DNA of 64,000 nucleotides, from contig JAWLBL010000002.1 in assembly GCA_041687695.1 (NCBI GenBank), forward strand, positions 70,761-134,760, written 5' to 3'. Origin of the DNA: Myxococcota bacterium. GTDB lineage: Bacteria; Myxococcota_A; UBA9042; PHBI01; JAWLBL01. The notes beneath the pieces are model-generated. The model had not been told where the DNA came from, searched no databases, and worked only from the letters and a program-made list of their open reading frames with translations. Within the stretch, counting starts at the first letter, position 1; each line of letters begins with the position of its first letter. Below, piece after piece: positions 52,333-62,822 of the stretch. The position numbers and the translations under genes are program-made.

Positions 52333-53712
52333 ATGCCTCACCGCCGTCCGCGCCCCTGGCGCCGGGCTGCGCGTCGGCCCGCGCGCTGCGCCTTCCGCCT
52401 CCTCGTCGGCTCGTCGGCCCTGCTCCTGGGCGGCCTCGTCGGGCTCGCCTGCGACCCGGACGCCGTCCCCCCGGCCACCGAGACGTTCGAGATCCCCCAC
52501 GCGGGCTCGCAAGACACCGCTGCCCTGCCCGACGCTCCGCCCCCCGACGACCCGTCCGTCGAGCCGTTCGACCCCGCGCCCGTGCCGCTCATCGAGTTTA
52601 CGGTCCCCGACGACGCCCTCGCCGCCCTCGACGCCCCGGCCGACGCCCTCGAGGAGCCGCGGGTCCACGCCGAGGTCGAGATGCTCAACCGGCGCTGGGC
52701 CGACGTGCGCCTGCAGCTCCACGGCGCCACCGCGCGCCTGCACCCCAAGCGCTCGTACCGCCTGACCTTCCCCGACGACGACGAGCCGCTGGTCCCCTGG
52801 TTCGACGGCCCCCCCGACCGCCACCGCCGCCTCGTCCTGCACGCCAGCTGGATCGACCCGACCTTCCTGCGCAACGCCCTCACCATGGACCGCGCTCGCG
52901 CCCTGGGCACCCTCGCCCCGCGCGTGACGCACGCCTGGCTCCGCATCAACGGGCGCGACCAGGGCTTGTACGTCGTCATCGAGCGCATCGACCGCCCCTT
53001 CCTCCGCCGCCACGGCCTCGACCCCGACGGCCAGGTGCTCAAGGCGGTCGACCACCGCGCCGACTGGGCGGCCAAGCCCTACCCGCTGCTCGGCTTCGAG
53101 GCCAAGGTGAACCCGCTCGCGTCCCCCGCCGCGCTGGGCACGCTGCTGACGGCGCTGTCGCACACCCCGCCCTCGGCCCAGGCCTTCGAGGCCCAGGTGA
53201 CCCCGCGGCTCGAGCTCGGCGAGTTCATGGGGTGGCAGCTGGTCCACACCTTCGCCGACAACCGGGACACGTTCAGCAAGAACTACTACCTGTACCACGA
53301 CGCCTCGGCGCCGCCCGGCGACCCGCGCGCGCGCTTCCGCGTCATCAGCTGGGACGCCGACGCGACCTTCGGCCTGACCTGGAACGGCACGCCCGTCGAG
53401 CCGGCCGGCGACCGGTGGCACGGCACCGACGCCTTCGTGCCACGGCTGCTGTCCATCCCGACCTACCGGGACGCCTACCTGGCGCGCTTCGGCGCGGCCC
53501 TCGACGGCGTCCTGTCGACCACCGCGCTCGCCCACGACGTCGCGCTCGCCGCGGCCCGCATCGGCCCGGCGGCGCGGCAGGACCAGCGGCTGTGGCTGCG
53601 GGATGGCGCCTTTGACGTCGAGGTGGCGCGGCTGCTGGCCGTCATCGAGGCCCGTCACACGCAGCTGCGGCAGCTCCTGGAGGGGCTAAAGGCGACGGCG
53701 CGGCCCCGCTGA
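52333..53712 (+). CDS. CotH-kinase family lipoprotein
   Basis: GLAC lipobox; PKRSYRL, DPTFLRN, GLYVVIERID, KNYYLY, ISWDADATFG. Confidence 0.85.
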   Translation: MPHRRPRPWRRAARRPARCAFRLLVGSSALLLGGLVGLACDPDAVPPATETFEIPHAGSQDTAALPDAPPPDDPSVEPFDPAPVPLIEFTVPDDALAALDAPADALEEPRVHAEVEMLNRRWADVRLQLHGATARLHPKRSYRLTFPDDDEPLVPWFDGPPDRHRRLVLHASWIDPTFLRNALTMDRARALGTLAPRVTHAWLRINGRDQGLYVVIERIDRPFLRRHGLDPDGQVLKAVDHRADWAAKPYPLLGFEAKVNPLASPAALGTLLTALSHTPPSAQAFEAQVTPRLELGEFMGWQLVHTFADNRDTFSKNYYLYHDASAPPGDPRARFRVISWDADATFGLTWNGTPVEPAGDRWHGTDAFVPRLLSIPTYRDAYLARFGAALDGVLSTTALAHDVALAAARIGPAARQDQRLWLRDGAFDVEVARLLAVIEARHTQLRQLLEGLKATARPR

Positions 53713-53827
53713 GCGCGCCCGGCGTGGCGGTCACCGGGGCCGGAGGTCGACCCGCGCACGGCGAGGCGCCGGGGGCCGGTGTCGGCCACGTCGGCGGGGG
53801 GCCGAAGCGGGCCTGGAGCGGGCTTGG

Positions 53828-54058
53828 TCAGCGGGTCTGGGCGTTGGGCGGCTCGCGCTCGATGGCGGGGAAGTCGGAGTCGTCGCCGAGGCCGAGGGCT
53901 TGGTCGAGCGCTTCGAGCTGCTGCTGGTTGGCGGCGTCGGCCGCCCGGAACTCGGGATCGATGCGGAAGAGGCTGTACCAGAGCCCGAAGCCCGCCAGGG
54001 CGGCGGTGAGCAGAGCGGCGGCGAGCAGCTTCTTCCAATGGTGTTTCACGAAGGTCAT
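53828..54058 (-). CDS. Small membrane-anchored hypothetical protein
   Basis: MTFVKHHWKK plus a TM helix. Confidence 0.6.
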   Translation of the reverse strand: MTFVKHHWKKLLAAALLTAALAGFGLWYSLFRIDPEFRAADAANQQQLEALDQALGLGDDSDFPAIEREPPNAQTR

Positions 54059-54067
54059 GAGGCGCGC

Positions 54068-54775
54068 TCACTGCAGGGTACGAGGGAGGCGGAGAGGGGC
54101 GGCGGGGGGGGGCCCCCCCCGCGTCGGGCCCGCCCCCCCCCGCCCAGGCCCCCACAGGGGCTTGACGGCCGAGAGCTGGGCCTGGATGTCGAGGGTCTCG
54201 GCGAGCTTGAGGCCGGCGAGGGCCTCGGGGACCTTGATGCCGAAGTCGCCCAGCTTCACCTGGAAGGCGGTCTTGACGCGGACCAGGTCGCCCTGGATGT
54301 AGGCCCGCTTCATCTTGTCGTTGAGCTTGTGGAAGCTGACCTTCACCGGGGCGTCGAGCGGTCGGGTGACGCCCTTGATGGTGATCTTGCCCTTGACGCG
54401 GCCGTCGAGGACCTTGCCGTCGACCAGCTTGGCGCCCTTGGGCAACGAGACGCCGGTCACCTCGAAGACGATCTCGGGGTGGCTCTTTGCGTCGAGCCAG
54501 TCGGCGCCGCGCATGTGCTCGTCACGCATGTCGTTGCCGGTCTCGAGCGAGGCGACGGGGACGCGCACCGTGCCCGTGGTGGCCTCGGGCTTGGCCACGT
54601 CGACGGTCAGGTCGCCCTGCGCCTCGGTGCTGAGGCCGGTGATGCTCTCGACGGGCGCGTCGGACTCGAAGGTGACGCGGCTCAGGCCGCTCGAGGCGAC
54701 CTTGTAGACGTCCGAGGCGAGGGCGGGGGTGGCGCCGAAGGCGAGGAGGGACAGGGCGAGGAGGAGGCGATTCAT
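54068..54775 (-). CDS. YceI-family lipid/isoprenoid-binding protein
   Basis: Signal peptide; SLETGNDMRDEHM..WLD..PEIVF, GKITIKGVT, DFGI; the last ~30 codons look non-native. Confidence 0.88.
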   Translation of the reverse strand: MNRLLLALSLLAFGATPALASDVYKVASSGLSRVTFESDAPVESITGLSTEAQGDLTVDVAKPEATTGTVRVPVASLETGNDMRDEHMRGADWLDAKSHPEIVFEVTGVSLPKGAKLVDGKVLDGRVKGKITIKGVTRPLDAPVKVSFHKLNDKMKRAYIQGDLVRVKTAFQVKLGDFGIKVPEALAGLKLAETLDIQAQLSAVKPLWGPGRGGAGPTRGGPPPAAPLRLPRTLQ

Positions 54776-54973
54776 GGCTGGATCCTTGGGCCGAAGCTCG
54801 GCGCGCGTGGGGGTTCGGCGACCCGCTCGTCCGCGGCGGGTGCGACAGCCTCGACCGTAGCCGCCTCCCCGGGGGCTCACTAGCCGCTGTGTGGCGAACA
54901 GATTGTTCCACCTGGCGGACAATCGAGGGCGGCCTCGCTCCAGCTTCGCGAGGCCGCCCCCGGCGCGCCCGGG

Positions 54974-56143
54974 TCAGTTCTTCAGGACCACCTTGAGGCA
55001 GTCGTCCGCCTTGCCGAGGAAGGTCTCGTACATCTGCGGCGCGTCCTCGAGGCGCGTCCGGTGGGTGATGATGAAGGTCGGGTCGATCTCGCCGCCCTGG
55101 ATGCGCTCGAGCAGCGGCGCCATGTAGCGCTGCACATGGCACTGGCCGGTGCGCAGGGTCAGCGAGCGGTTCATCAGCGACCCCATCGGGAACTTGTCGA
55201 TGAAGCCGCCGTAGACGCCGATGACCGAGACGGTGCCGCCGTTGCGGCAGGCCATGATGGCCTCGCGCAGCGCGATGGGGCGTCCGGTCTCGGACTTCAC
55301 CATCTGCTTGGCGCGGTCGTAGGCGTAGATGGGGCCGTGCCCGTGCGCCTCGAGGCCGACCGCGTCGATGCAGGCGTCGGGCCCGCGGCCGCCGGTCAGC
55401 TCGTTCAGCGCCTCGAGGACGTTGACCTCCTCGTAGTTCAACGTCTCGGCGCCGGCGCGCTCGCGGGCGACGCGCAGGCGGTACGGGAAGCGGTCGATGG
55501 CGATGACCCGCTCGGCGCCCAGCAGGTAGGCGCTGGCGATGGCGAACTGCCCGACCGGCCCGCAGCCCCACACGGCGACGACGTCGCCCGGCTGGATGTC
55601 GCACATCTCGGCGCCCATGTAGCCGGTCGGCAGGATGTCGCTCAAAAACAGCGCCTCATCGTCGCTCATCCCGTCGGGCACCTTGATGGGGCCCACGTCC
55701 GCGAACGGCACGCGCACGTACTCGGCCTGCCCGCCGGCGTAGCCGCCCAGCAGGTGCGAGTAGCCGAAGATGCCGGCCGGCGAGTGCCCCCACAGCTTCT
55801 CGGCCATCCAGGCGTTCGGGTTCGAGTTCTCGCACAGGGAGAACATCTGGCGCTCGCAGGCGTTGCACGCGCCGCACGCGATGGGGAAGGGCACCACGAC
55901 CCGGTCGCCCACCCGCAGGTTGCGCACCGCGTGGCCGACCTCGACCACCTCGCCCATGAACTCGTGCCCCAGCACGTCCCCCTTCTGCATCGTCGGCACG
56001 AACCCGTTGTACAGGTGCAGATCCGAGCCGCAGATCGCCGTCGACGTCACCCGCACGATGCAGTCGCGCGCGTTGAGGATCCTCGGGTCGGGCACCTCGT
56101 GGACCTCGACCTTCTGCTTGCCCATCCAGCAGGCTGCTCGCAT
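54974..56143 (-). CDS. Zinc-dependent alcohol/formaldehyde dehydrogenase (YbdR-like)
   Basis: ICGSDLH, GHEFMG, CGACNAC..C, GGQAEY, GCGPVG; GAGGAGG RBS. Confidence 0.95.
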   Translation of the reverse strand: MRAACWMGKQKVEVHEVPDPRILNARDCIVRVTSTAICGSDLHLYNGFVPTMQKGDVLGHEFMGEVVEVGHAVRNLRVGDRVVVPFPIACGACNACERQMFSLCENSNPNAWMAEKLWGHSPAGIFGYSHLLGGYAGGQAEYVRVPFADVGPIKVPDGMSDDEALFLSDILPTGYMGAEMCDIQPGDVVAVWGCGPVGQFAIASAYLLGAERVIAIDRFPYRLRVARERAGAETLNYEEVNVLEALNELTGGRGPDACIDAVGLEAHGHGPIYAYDRAKQMVKSETGRPIALREAIMACRNGGTVSVIGVYGGFIDKFPMGSLMNRSLTLRTGQCHVQRYMAPLLERIQGGEIDPTFIITHRTRLEDAPQMYETFLGKADDCLKVVLKN

Positions 56144-56170
56144 GGCGTCCCTCCTCGTCTGTCGGGTCCG

Positions 56171-57088
56171 TCAGGCCCACGTCGTCGGGTGGCGCGGCTC
56201 GCCGCTTCGGGGCCGCTCCCGCCGCCCTCGCCGCTCGCCGGCCGTCGGCTGCGCCGGGTGCTTGCCGCGCTCGAGCGTCGCGTCCGAGCAGACCTCGACG
56301 CCGGTCTCCACGAGCGCCTTGAGCGCCCGCAGCGCCTCCGAGATCCGCTGATCCGGCGCGTTGTGCCGCAGCTTCGCGGCCACCTCGCCCAGCTTGCCGC
56401 CGAAGACGTCCGCCTCGAGCGACACGCACACCTCGGTGCCCCGCCCGCCCGGCGCCTCGCGGAAGCTCACGCCCCCGCGCCCCCGCCCGGCCAGGCGCCG
56501 CAGCAGGTCCAGGTCCCCGCGCCGGTCGTGCAGCGCGCCGAACGCCTGCCGGACCTCGTCGACCGGCCGGTTGATGGTGATCGCCTTGGTCACGTGCATC
56601 CCGCGTCCCTCCGTCGGCGCCTCGTCCTGGCCGAGCCGCACCGCGCAAGTCACGTCCAGCGCCCCGGCCAGCCCGACCGTGGCCAGCCCGGTGGCGAGCC
56701 GCGCGCGGCACTGATCCGTCAGCGCCAGCTCACGCCCCAGCAGCGCCGCGTCGATGAGATCGCCGCCGACCCGGGCCCAGGCGAACGAGATCGGCCGCGG
56801 CCGCGTCAGCAGCCCCACGCCGCTCATCAGCTCGCGCAGGCCGAACAGGCGCATGGTCCTCTGCATCCCCTCGTCGTCCGGCAGGCCGGTCAGGCGCGCC
56901 ACCCGCCGCGGCGCCAGCACCTGCGCCAGGCCCAGCCCGACGCTGAACCATCCCAGGGCGCGCGCCAGGGCCCGCCCCTCGTGACGCACCGCCCCCTGCG
57001 GCTGCAGGTGCCGCCCGCCGACCAGCGCGCCCGGCGCCCGCACCGCGAGCCCGCCCGCGCGGGCCCCCTCCCCGTAGCTTGGCCTCAT
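56171..57088 (-). CDS. SRPBCC/cyclase-like membrane-associated protein
   Basis: ARALGWFSVGLG, ITINRP..EV, APGGRGTEV, LKALVETG; possibly internally shortened. Confidence 0.75.
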   Translation of the reverse strand: MRPSYGEGARAGGLAVRAPGALVGGRHLQPQGAVRHEGRALARALGWFSVGLGLAQVLAPRRVARLTGLPDDEGMQRTMRLFGLRELMSGVGLLTRPRPISFAWARVGGDLIDAALLGRELALTDQCRARLATGLATVGLAGALDVTCAVRLGQDEAPTEGRGMHVTKAITINRPVDEVRQAFGALHDRRGDLDLLRRLAGRGRGGVSFREAPGGRGTEVCVSLEADVFGGKLGEVAAKLRHNAPDQRISEALRALKALVETGVEVCSDATLERGKHPAQPTAGERRGRRERPRSGEPRHPTTWA

Positions 57089-57247
57089 GGGCTCCTCCCT
57101 TCCCCGCTGTCGTGTCGTGTCCCGACCACAGAGTTAAGAACCGGACGCCGCCGGGCCGAACCGGGGTGTAGAGGAACGCCACAGAAGCGCACAGAACGTC
57201 TTCTCCTCGGGCGGGCACGTCCGCGCGGCGCGCCCAGGCCTGTGCCT

Positions 57248-57263
57248 TGGCACGGCGCTTGCT
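57248..57263 (+). promoter_or_regulatory. Sigma54 -24/-12 promoter
   Basis: TGGCACG-GCGC-TTGCT, full consensus, 39 nt before ATG 57303. Confidence 0.75.
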
Positions 57264-57302
57264 GAGCTGCGAGCGCAAACGCGAGCGAAGGCGAGGGACC
57301 GG

Positions 57303-59282
57303 ATGAGACGGAAGCTGGGTTGGTCGGTGTGGCTGGTGGCGGGCGCCATGTGGGCGGGCGGGTGTTCGGACCCGAGCGGCGGGGCGGCGACGCCAGACGG
57401 CGACGCCTCGGTCGAGTCGGACGCGCCGGACGGTGACGACCCGGACGCGGCCGAGCCGGACGCGACCGATCCCGACGCGAGCGAGCCGGACGCGACCGAT
57501 CCCGACGCGAGCGAGCCGGACGTCATCGACCCGGACGCCGTCGACCCGGACGCCGTCGACCCGGACGCCGTCGACCCGGACGCGGGCTCGGACGTCGGGC
57601 CCGACGTGGACCCTGGACCCGACCCGCTCGAGGGCACGCCGCTGGCGGACCTGCCGGTGGCCTGGACCGAGCCGCTCGAGCTGTGCAACGCCTGGTTCGA
57701 GGGCGCCTCGGCGGAGGACGAGCTGGCCGCCAAGGTGCGCGTGTGGTTGCCGCCGCAGGCGCGCTTCGGGTTGAGCCCGGCCCAGCTGGGCGCCGCGAAG
57801 CTCGAGGGCGTGCGCCTCGCGCGTGGTCCGCTGGCCGCCCAGCGGTTCGCGGGCGACGCCGAGGACGGCGAGGTGGTGCAGTGGGACCTGCTCTCGTTCC
57901 CAGTGAGCAGCATGCTGAGCGCCGAGCTCGAGCACGATCTGGGCGAAGGCGTCGGCGTCCTGGTCGAGCGGTACACGATCGGCCGCGCCAAGGATCAGGA
58001 GCCGGCGCCGGTCGTCGTCACCCCCGACGGCTACGAGGTCACCTTCTCGTTCCGCGCGCCGGGCAGCGAGATCGCCACGCTGCTGACCCGCTGCGAGGGC
58101 CACCCCGAGTACGAGGACGCGGTCTCGGTCCTGGTGGGCGAGGCCGGCGCGAGGCAGGCCACCCTGGTCCGGTACTGGCGCACGCAGCCCGAGGAGCTGC
58201 CCGCCGGCTCGTACGCCGTGCAGGTGGTCGGCTCGCGGCTGCTGGTCAGCGACGAGGGCTGGGGCGCGCACGACGCGCGCGGCTTCTGGGCCAACACCTA
58301 CGTCGCGCAGCACCACAACTGGGGCGACGCCTCGGTGGTCGACTTCACGCGCGACCTGGGGCGCTATCACACGACCTTCGGGCCGAACGCGACGACGTCG
58401 ACCGACGGGGCGGTCGCCCGGGTCGCGCTGGCGGACGTCGACGGCGGGGCGGGCGAGCCGCGCTTCGAGGTCACCCGGACGGACGGCGACGGCGCGCTGG
58501 CCGAGCCCGAGGTCTTCACGGTGAACGCCAAGTGGGGCGGCGGCTGGCGGCGCGTGGACGCCAACCACCTGACGCGGCTGCTGCAGGACGAGTGCGCGGG
58601 CGGCACGGTGCACGCCCTGGGCTTCGACGACGTGGTGTTCCAGGCGCTGTGGTGCCCGGGCGCGGGCGGCGCCAAGACGCTGGTCGGGTTGGTGCCGGTC
58701 GTCTTCCGCAAGCAGATGGCGCTGACGGGCGAGCGCTTCGGCCCGGCCGGGATCACGCCCCTGACGCTGCCGGGCGGCAAGCCGGGCTGGCGGGTCGCCC
58801 TGGGCGAGGGCGAGGTGGACGTCGAGACCTCCGACGGCGGCGGCTACATCGTCAACGTGCGCGACGGCGGCGGCCAGCCGGTGGCCGGCTTCTGGAGCGA
58901 GCCCTTCACCTACGGCGCGCCGTACCTCCCGGACGAGACCCTCGAGGGCGCGAGCGCCGGGGGCGAGGTCGCGCTGCGCCTCGTGCGGCGCTGGGCCGAC
59001 TTCGGCGTCGGCGAGTCGGCCATCTACGCGCCGGTGTCGCTGACCGTGAGCTGGCCGGGCGCCGCCGGCACCGAGACGCGCGAGATCGAGGCCTGGGACC
59101 GGCTGGCCTACACGAACACGCACCACAACTGGCAGGACGCGCTGGTCGCCACGACCGACGACGGGCTGGTCGTGACCTGGAAGGTCAGCTACGACTTCCA
59201 GGGCTTCACCCAGACCGTGAAGGTCGAGGACGGGCAGGGCGGCGAAGTGCTCGGCGAGACGGTGATCGTCCCGGCCGAGTGA
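57303..59282 (+). CDS. Hypothetical lipoprotein with Asp-rich linker and two HHNW motifs
   Basis: AGGC lipobox; DPDA repeats; YVAQHHNW and YTNTHHNW. Confidence 0.8.
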   Translation: MRRKLGWSVWLVAGAMWAGGCSDPSGGAATPDGDASVESDAPDGDDPDAAEPDATDPDASEPDATDPDASEPDVIDPDAVDPDAVDPDAVDPDAGSDVGPDVDPGPDPLEGTPLADLPVAWTEPLELCNAWFEGASAEDELAAKVRVWLPPQARFGLSPAQLGAAKLEGVRLARGPLAAQRFAGDAEDGEVVQWDLLSFPVSSMLSAELEHDLGEGVGVLVERYTIGRAKDQEPAPVVVTPDGYEVTFSFRAPGSEIATLLTRCEGHPEYEDAVSVLVGEAGARQATLVRYWRTQPEELPAGSYAVQVVGSRLLVSDEGWGAHDARGFWANTYVAQHHNWGDASVVDFTRDLGRYHTTFGPNATTSTDGAVARVALADVDGGAGEPRFEVTRTDGDGALAEPEVFTVNAKWGGGWRRVDANHLTRLLQDECAGGTVHALGFDDVVFQALWCPGAGGAKTLVGLVPVVFRKQMALTGERFGPAGITPLTLPGGKPGWRVALGEGEVDVETSDGGGYIVNVRDGGGQPVAGFWSEPFTYGAPYLPDETLEGASAGGEVALRLVRRWADFGVGESAIYAPVSLTVSWPGAAGTETREIEAWDRLAYTNTHHNWQDALVATTDDGLVVTWKVSYDFQGFTQTVKVEDGQGGEVLGETVIVPAE

Positions 59283-59353
59283 ACGCCGGACGATTGCCCG
59301 GTGGGGGCGGGCGCGCTACGACTGGGGCGCACCCGCTTCCAAAGGCCTGGCCC

Positions 59354-60802
59354 ATGCGCTTTCTGCACCCCGAGCGCGACGCGCTGCTCGAGCTCGCGCT
59401 CGACGACGTCTTCATCGTCCCCGGCTACTTCGAGGGCGGCTCGCGCCTGGACGTCTCGCTGACGCCCGGCGACTTCGCGGGCGGCTCGCACCCGGTCGTG
59501 TCGGCCAACATGAACGCGGTGACCGGCAAGCGCATGGCCGAGACCATGGCCCGCTACGGCGGCCTGGGCGTCCTGCCGCAGGACATGGATCTGCCGACGG
59601 TCGACCGCATCGTCCGGCACATCAAGCAGGCCGACCCGCGCTTCGACACGCCGCTGCTGGTGACGCCCGACGCCACGCTGCGCGACGTGCAGGGCATCAT
59701 CCGCAAGCGGTCGCACGGGCTGGTGGTGGTTACTGACGACGACGGCAAGCTGCTGGGCGTGGTGACGCAGTCGGACCTGCGCGACCGCGACCAGTACACG
59801 CGCGTCGACCGGCTGATGTCGCGCACGCTGGTGACCCTGACGCCGGGGACGTCGAACCGCGACGCCTTCGTGCAGTTCGAGCAGCAGCGCGTGCGGGCGG
59901 CGCCGGTGGTCGACGGGACCGGGCGGGTGGTCGGCGTGCTGACGCGGGACGACGCCGTGAGGCTGGATCTGCTGCGGCCGTCGCTGGACGCCAGCGGGCG
60001 GCTGATGGTCGCGGCGGCGCTGGGCATCTCGGCGGACGCGGGGCGCACGGCGGCGGCGTTGGTCGAGATCGGCGTCGACACGCTGGTGCTGGACACGGCG
60101 CACGGGCACCAGCGGCGCATGCTCGAGGCCATCCGGGCGGTGCGCGACGCCGTGGGGCCGGCCATCCCGCTGGTCGCCGGCAACGTCTGCACGCCCGAGG
60201 GCACGCGGGCGCTCATCGAGGCGGGCGCGGACGTGGTCAAGGTCAACGTCGGGCCGGGCGCGATGTGCACGACGCGCATGCAGACCGGGGCGGGGCGGCC
60301 GACGTTCTCGTCGGCGCTGCACTGCGCGCGGCAGGCGCGGGCGCTGGGCAAGCACATCTGGGCGGACGGCGGCGTGCGGGCGCCGCGCGACGTGGCGCTG
60401 TACCTGGCGGCCGGGGCGGCGCGGGTGATGGTGGGGACCTGGCTGGCCGGGACCTGGGAGAGCCCCGGCGACATCAAGGAGGACCGCGAGGGGCACCTGT
60501 ACAAGGAGAACTACGGGATGGCCTCGGCCCGAGCGGTCGGCGAGCGCACGGCCGACCTGGACCCCTTCGAGCGGGCCAAGAAGGGCTTCTTCCGCGAGGG
60601 CATCTCGACTTCGCGCATCTACATGCGCGAGGGGCGCGAGTCCGTCGGCGCCATCCTGGTCGAGATCATCACCGGGCTGCAGTCGTCGTTCACCTACGCG
60701 GGGGCGCTGGACGTCGAGTCCTTCCACGAGCGCGCGGTCATCGGCGTGCAGACCGCCTCGGCCTACGCCGAAGGGCAGCCCCACGGCAAGATCCGCCGCT
60801 GA
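59354..60802 (+). CDS. guaB1: GuaB1-type IMPDH-family protein / GMP reductase with CBS pair
   Basis: ANMNAVTGKRMAET, DTAHGHQ, GPGAMCTTRM, WADGG, YGMAS, FREGIS. Confidence 0.85.
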   Translation: MRFLHPERDALLELALDDVFIVPGYFEGGSRLDVSLTPGDFAGGSHPVVSANMNAVTGKRMAETMARYGGLGVLPQDMDLPTVDRIVRHIKQADPRFDTPLLVTPDATLRDVQGIIRKRSHGLVVVTDDDGKLLGVVTQSDLRDRDQYTRVDRLMSRTLVTLTPGTSNRDAFVQFEQQRVRAAPVVDGTGRVVGVLTRDDAVRLDLLRPSLDASGRLMVAAALGISADAGRTAAALVEIGVDTLVLDTAHGHQRRMLEAIRAVRDAVGPAIPLVAGNVCTPEGTRALIEAGADVVKVNVGPGAMCTTRMQTGAGRPTFSSALHCARQARALGKHIWADGGVRAPRDVALYLAAGAARVMVGTWLAGTWESPGDIKEDREGHLYKENYGMASARAVGERTADLDPFERAKKGFFREGISTSRIYMREGRESVGAILVEIITGLQSSFTYAGALDVESFHERAVIGVQTASAYAEGQPHGKIRR

Positions 60803-60806
60803 GCCA

Positions 60807-61742
60807 TCAGACCCGCTCGACCTTCACCTGGGCCAGCAGCCGCTCGGCGTCCTCGGGCCGGCACAGCTCGGTGCCGGGGGTCAGCAGCGCGGCGGTCCCG
60901 CTGGCGACGGCGCGCGCGAAGGCCCGCTCGAGCGGCTCGCCGCGCGTGACGCCCGTCACGAGGCCCGCGGTGAAGCTGTCGCCCGCGCCGACCGCGCTGC
61001 GCACCTCGACCGGCGGCGGCGCGGCCACCAGCTGCGTCTCGGCGTTGGTCAGCAGCGCCCCCTCGGCGCCCAGGCTGACCACGAGCACCTCGACGCGCCC
61101 GGAGGCCACCAGGGCCCGCGCCGCCTCGGCCACCGCGCGCCCATCGGGCACCGCCCGCCCCGTCAGCTCCTCGAGCTCGCGCCGGTTCGGCTTGGCCAGC
61201 CACAAGCCGCGCTCCAGCGCCATCCTCAGCGCCGGCCCCGACGTGTCGACCACATACCTAGCGCCCTGCTCGGCCACCACGTCCGCCAACCGCGCATAGT
61301 ACCCGTCGTCCACCCCGGGCGGCAGGCTGCCGCTGGCCACCACGAAGCCGCCGGGCTCGATCTCGCGCGCCACCTCCATGCAGGCCTGGGCCGCCGCGGC
61401 CTCGAGCGTCGGCCCCGACAGCACGAACCGGAACTCGTGGCCCGTGCCCCGCTCCAGGATGGTCACGCTCTCCCGCGTCAGCCCGCCGGCCGGCAGCGAC
61501 CGCCGGGCGACCCCCTCGCCGTCGAGCAGCTGCCCCAGCAGCTGCCCCGTCAGCCCGCCCGAAGGGTAGACCGCGACGCACGGCACCCCGAACCGCGTCA
61601 GCACCCGCGCTACGTTCACCCCCCCGCCGCCTGGGTCGAACCGCGCGTTCTCGCACCGGATCTTGTGCTCGTGGACGACCTCCTCGGCCTCGGCCGACAG
61701 GTCCAGCGCGGGGTTCAGGGTCAACGTGACGGTGCGAGGCAT
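60807..61742 (-). CDS. 1-phosphofructokinase-family (PfkB) hexose kinase
   Basis: TLNPALD, PGGGGVNVAR, SGSLPPG, KPNRREL, VGAGDSF. Confidence 0.93.
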   Translation of the reverse strand: MPRTVTLTLNPALDLSAEAEEVVHEHKIRCENARFDPGGGGVNVARVLTRFGVPCVAVYPSGGLTGQLLGQLLDGEGVARRSLPAGGLTRESVTILERGTGHEFRFVLSGPTLEAAAAQACMEVAREIEPGGFVVASGSLPPGVDDGYYARLADVVAEQGARYVVDTSGPALRMALERGLWLAKPNRRELEELTGRAVPDGRAVAEAARALVASGRVEVLVVSLGAEGALLTNAETQLVAAPPPVEVRSAVGAGDSFTAGLVTGVTRGEPLERAFARAVASGTAALLTPGTELCRPEDAERLLAQVKVERV

Positions 61743-61774
61743 GCCGGTCAGCATTCGCCTCCCTTCCCCGCCGG

Positions 61775-62822
61775 TCAACGCCAGGGTCGCGACGACGGGC
61801 CCCCAGCCCGGCCCTCACCGCCCCGGGGCGGAGCGCCCCCCGCCCAACGCGCCCCCATCTTCCGCGCCACGAACCCACGCCCCAGCTCGTCCCGCGCCAG
61901 AAACTGGTTGTGCGCCTGACAGACGACCCGGACGTTGCCGACCGAGTGCACGCCGCCCTTCGCAAAGGCCTCGACGTGATGCAGCTCCAGCCGCCGCGTC
62001 TCGGTACACCGCCCGCCCGGCCCGACGAAGGTGCACCGCAGCCCATCCCGAGCGATCACCGCCCGCCTGACCTCGACTGGAATGGCCCGCCCTCGTCCAG
62101 CCGGACCCGTGTCCGGCTCATCGGCCGGGCCATCTCGGTCCGCCAGGGCCACGCTCTCGGCCGTTTCCTCGACCGACTCTCCGGCCGCGGCGCCCCGCTC
62201 GTCCGCCTCCCGGGTCGCGCCTTCGACCGACGCTCCGGCCATGGTGCCCCGCTCGTCCGCTTCCCGCGTGGACTTCTTCGCCTTCCTCGCCTTCGGCCTG
62301 GCCCCCACCCCGAACCGCTGCTTCTTCTTCGCGGCCAAAAAGACGTCCAGCGCCATCTCAAGCAGGGTCTCGTAGTCCCCCGACGCGACCTGATGCCCGG
62401 CGATCGCCATCGCCTCCTCCAGCTTGGCGGCGACCCGAGCACCGACGGTCACTTGCACCCGATACCGAGCCTCCGAGAGCGGCTCGACCCGGTGCTCCAC
62501 CTTCGGCCGCTCCAGCCTCAGCTCGTTCGGCCCCGCCTTGTCCTCAGCCGTGACCTGCTTCGCTGCCTTGGCTGCTCCGCCCCGGGACGGCGGCAGCTTG
62601 AACACCCGCGCCGGCACATCCGGCCGCGGCGACCACCGAGCCACCAGCTCGGCCAGCTCCCGCTTGCTCTTCCCGGCGGCCTCGGCCAGCCGCTCGCCGA
62701 CGTTCCGCTCGTCCAGATGCGGCCCGATGACCCTCATCCCGCTCAAGCTCAGCCGCCCGTCGGCCAGCATCGCCCCCATCTGCGGCCACCGCCGCACCCA
62801 CCCAACGGCTTTCACATAGTTG
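61775..62822 (-). pseudogene. 5'-truncated paralogue of the 39251 HNH endonuclease
   Basis: Begins at NYVKAVGW (about codon 73 of copy 1); HNH motif intact; promoter and RBS region absent. Confidence 0.85.

Noticed and set aside
54068..54160. Functional C-terminal extension of YceI
   Set aside because: Low-complexity G/C homopolymer region; more likely a lost stop or sequencing error.
57436..57600. DNA repeat element in the 57303 gene (also 48850-49100)
   Set aside because: In-frame acidic linker repeats typical of lipoprotein tethers.
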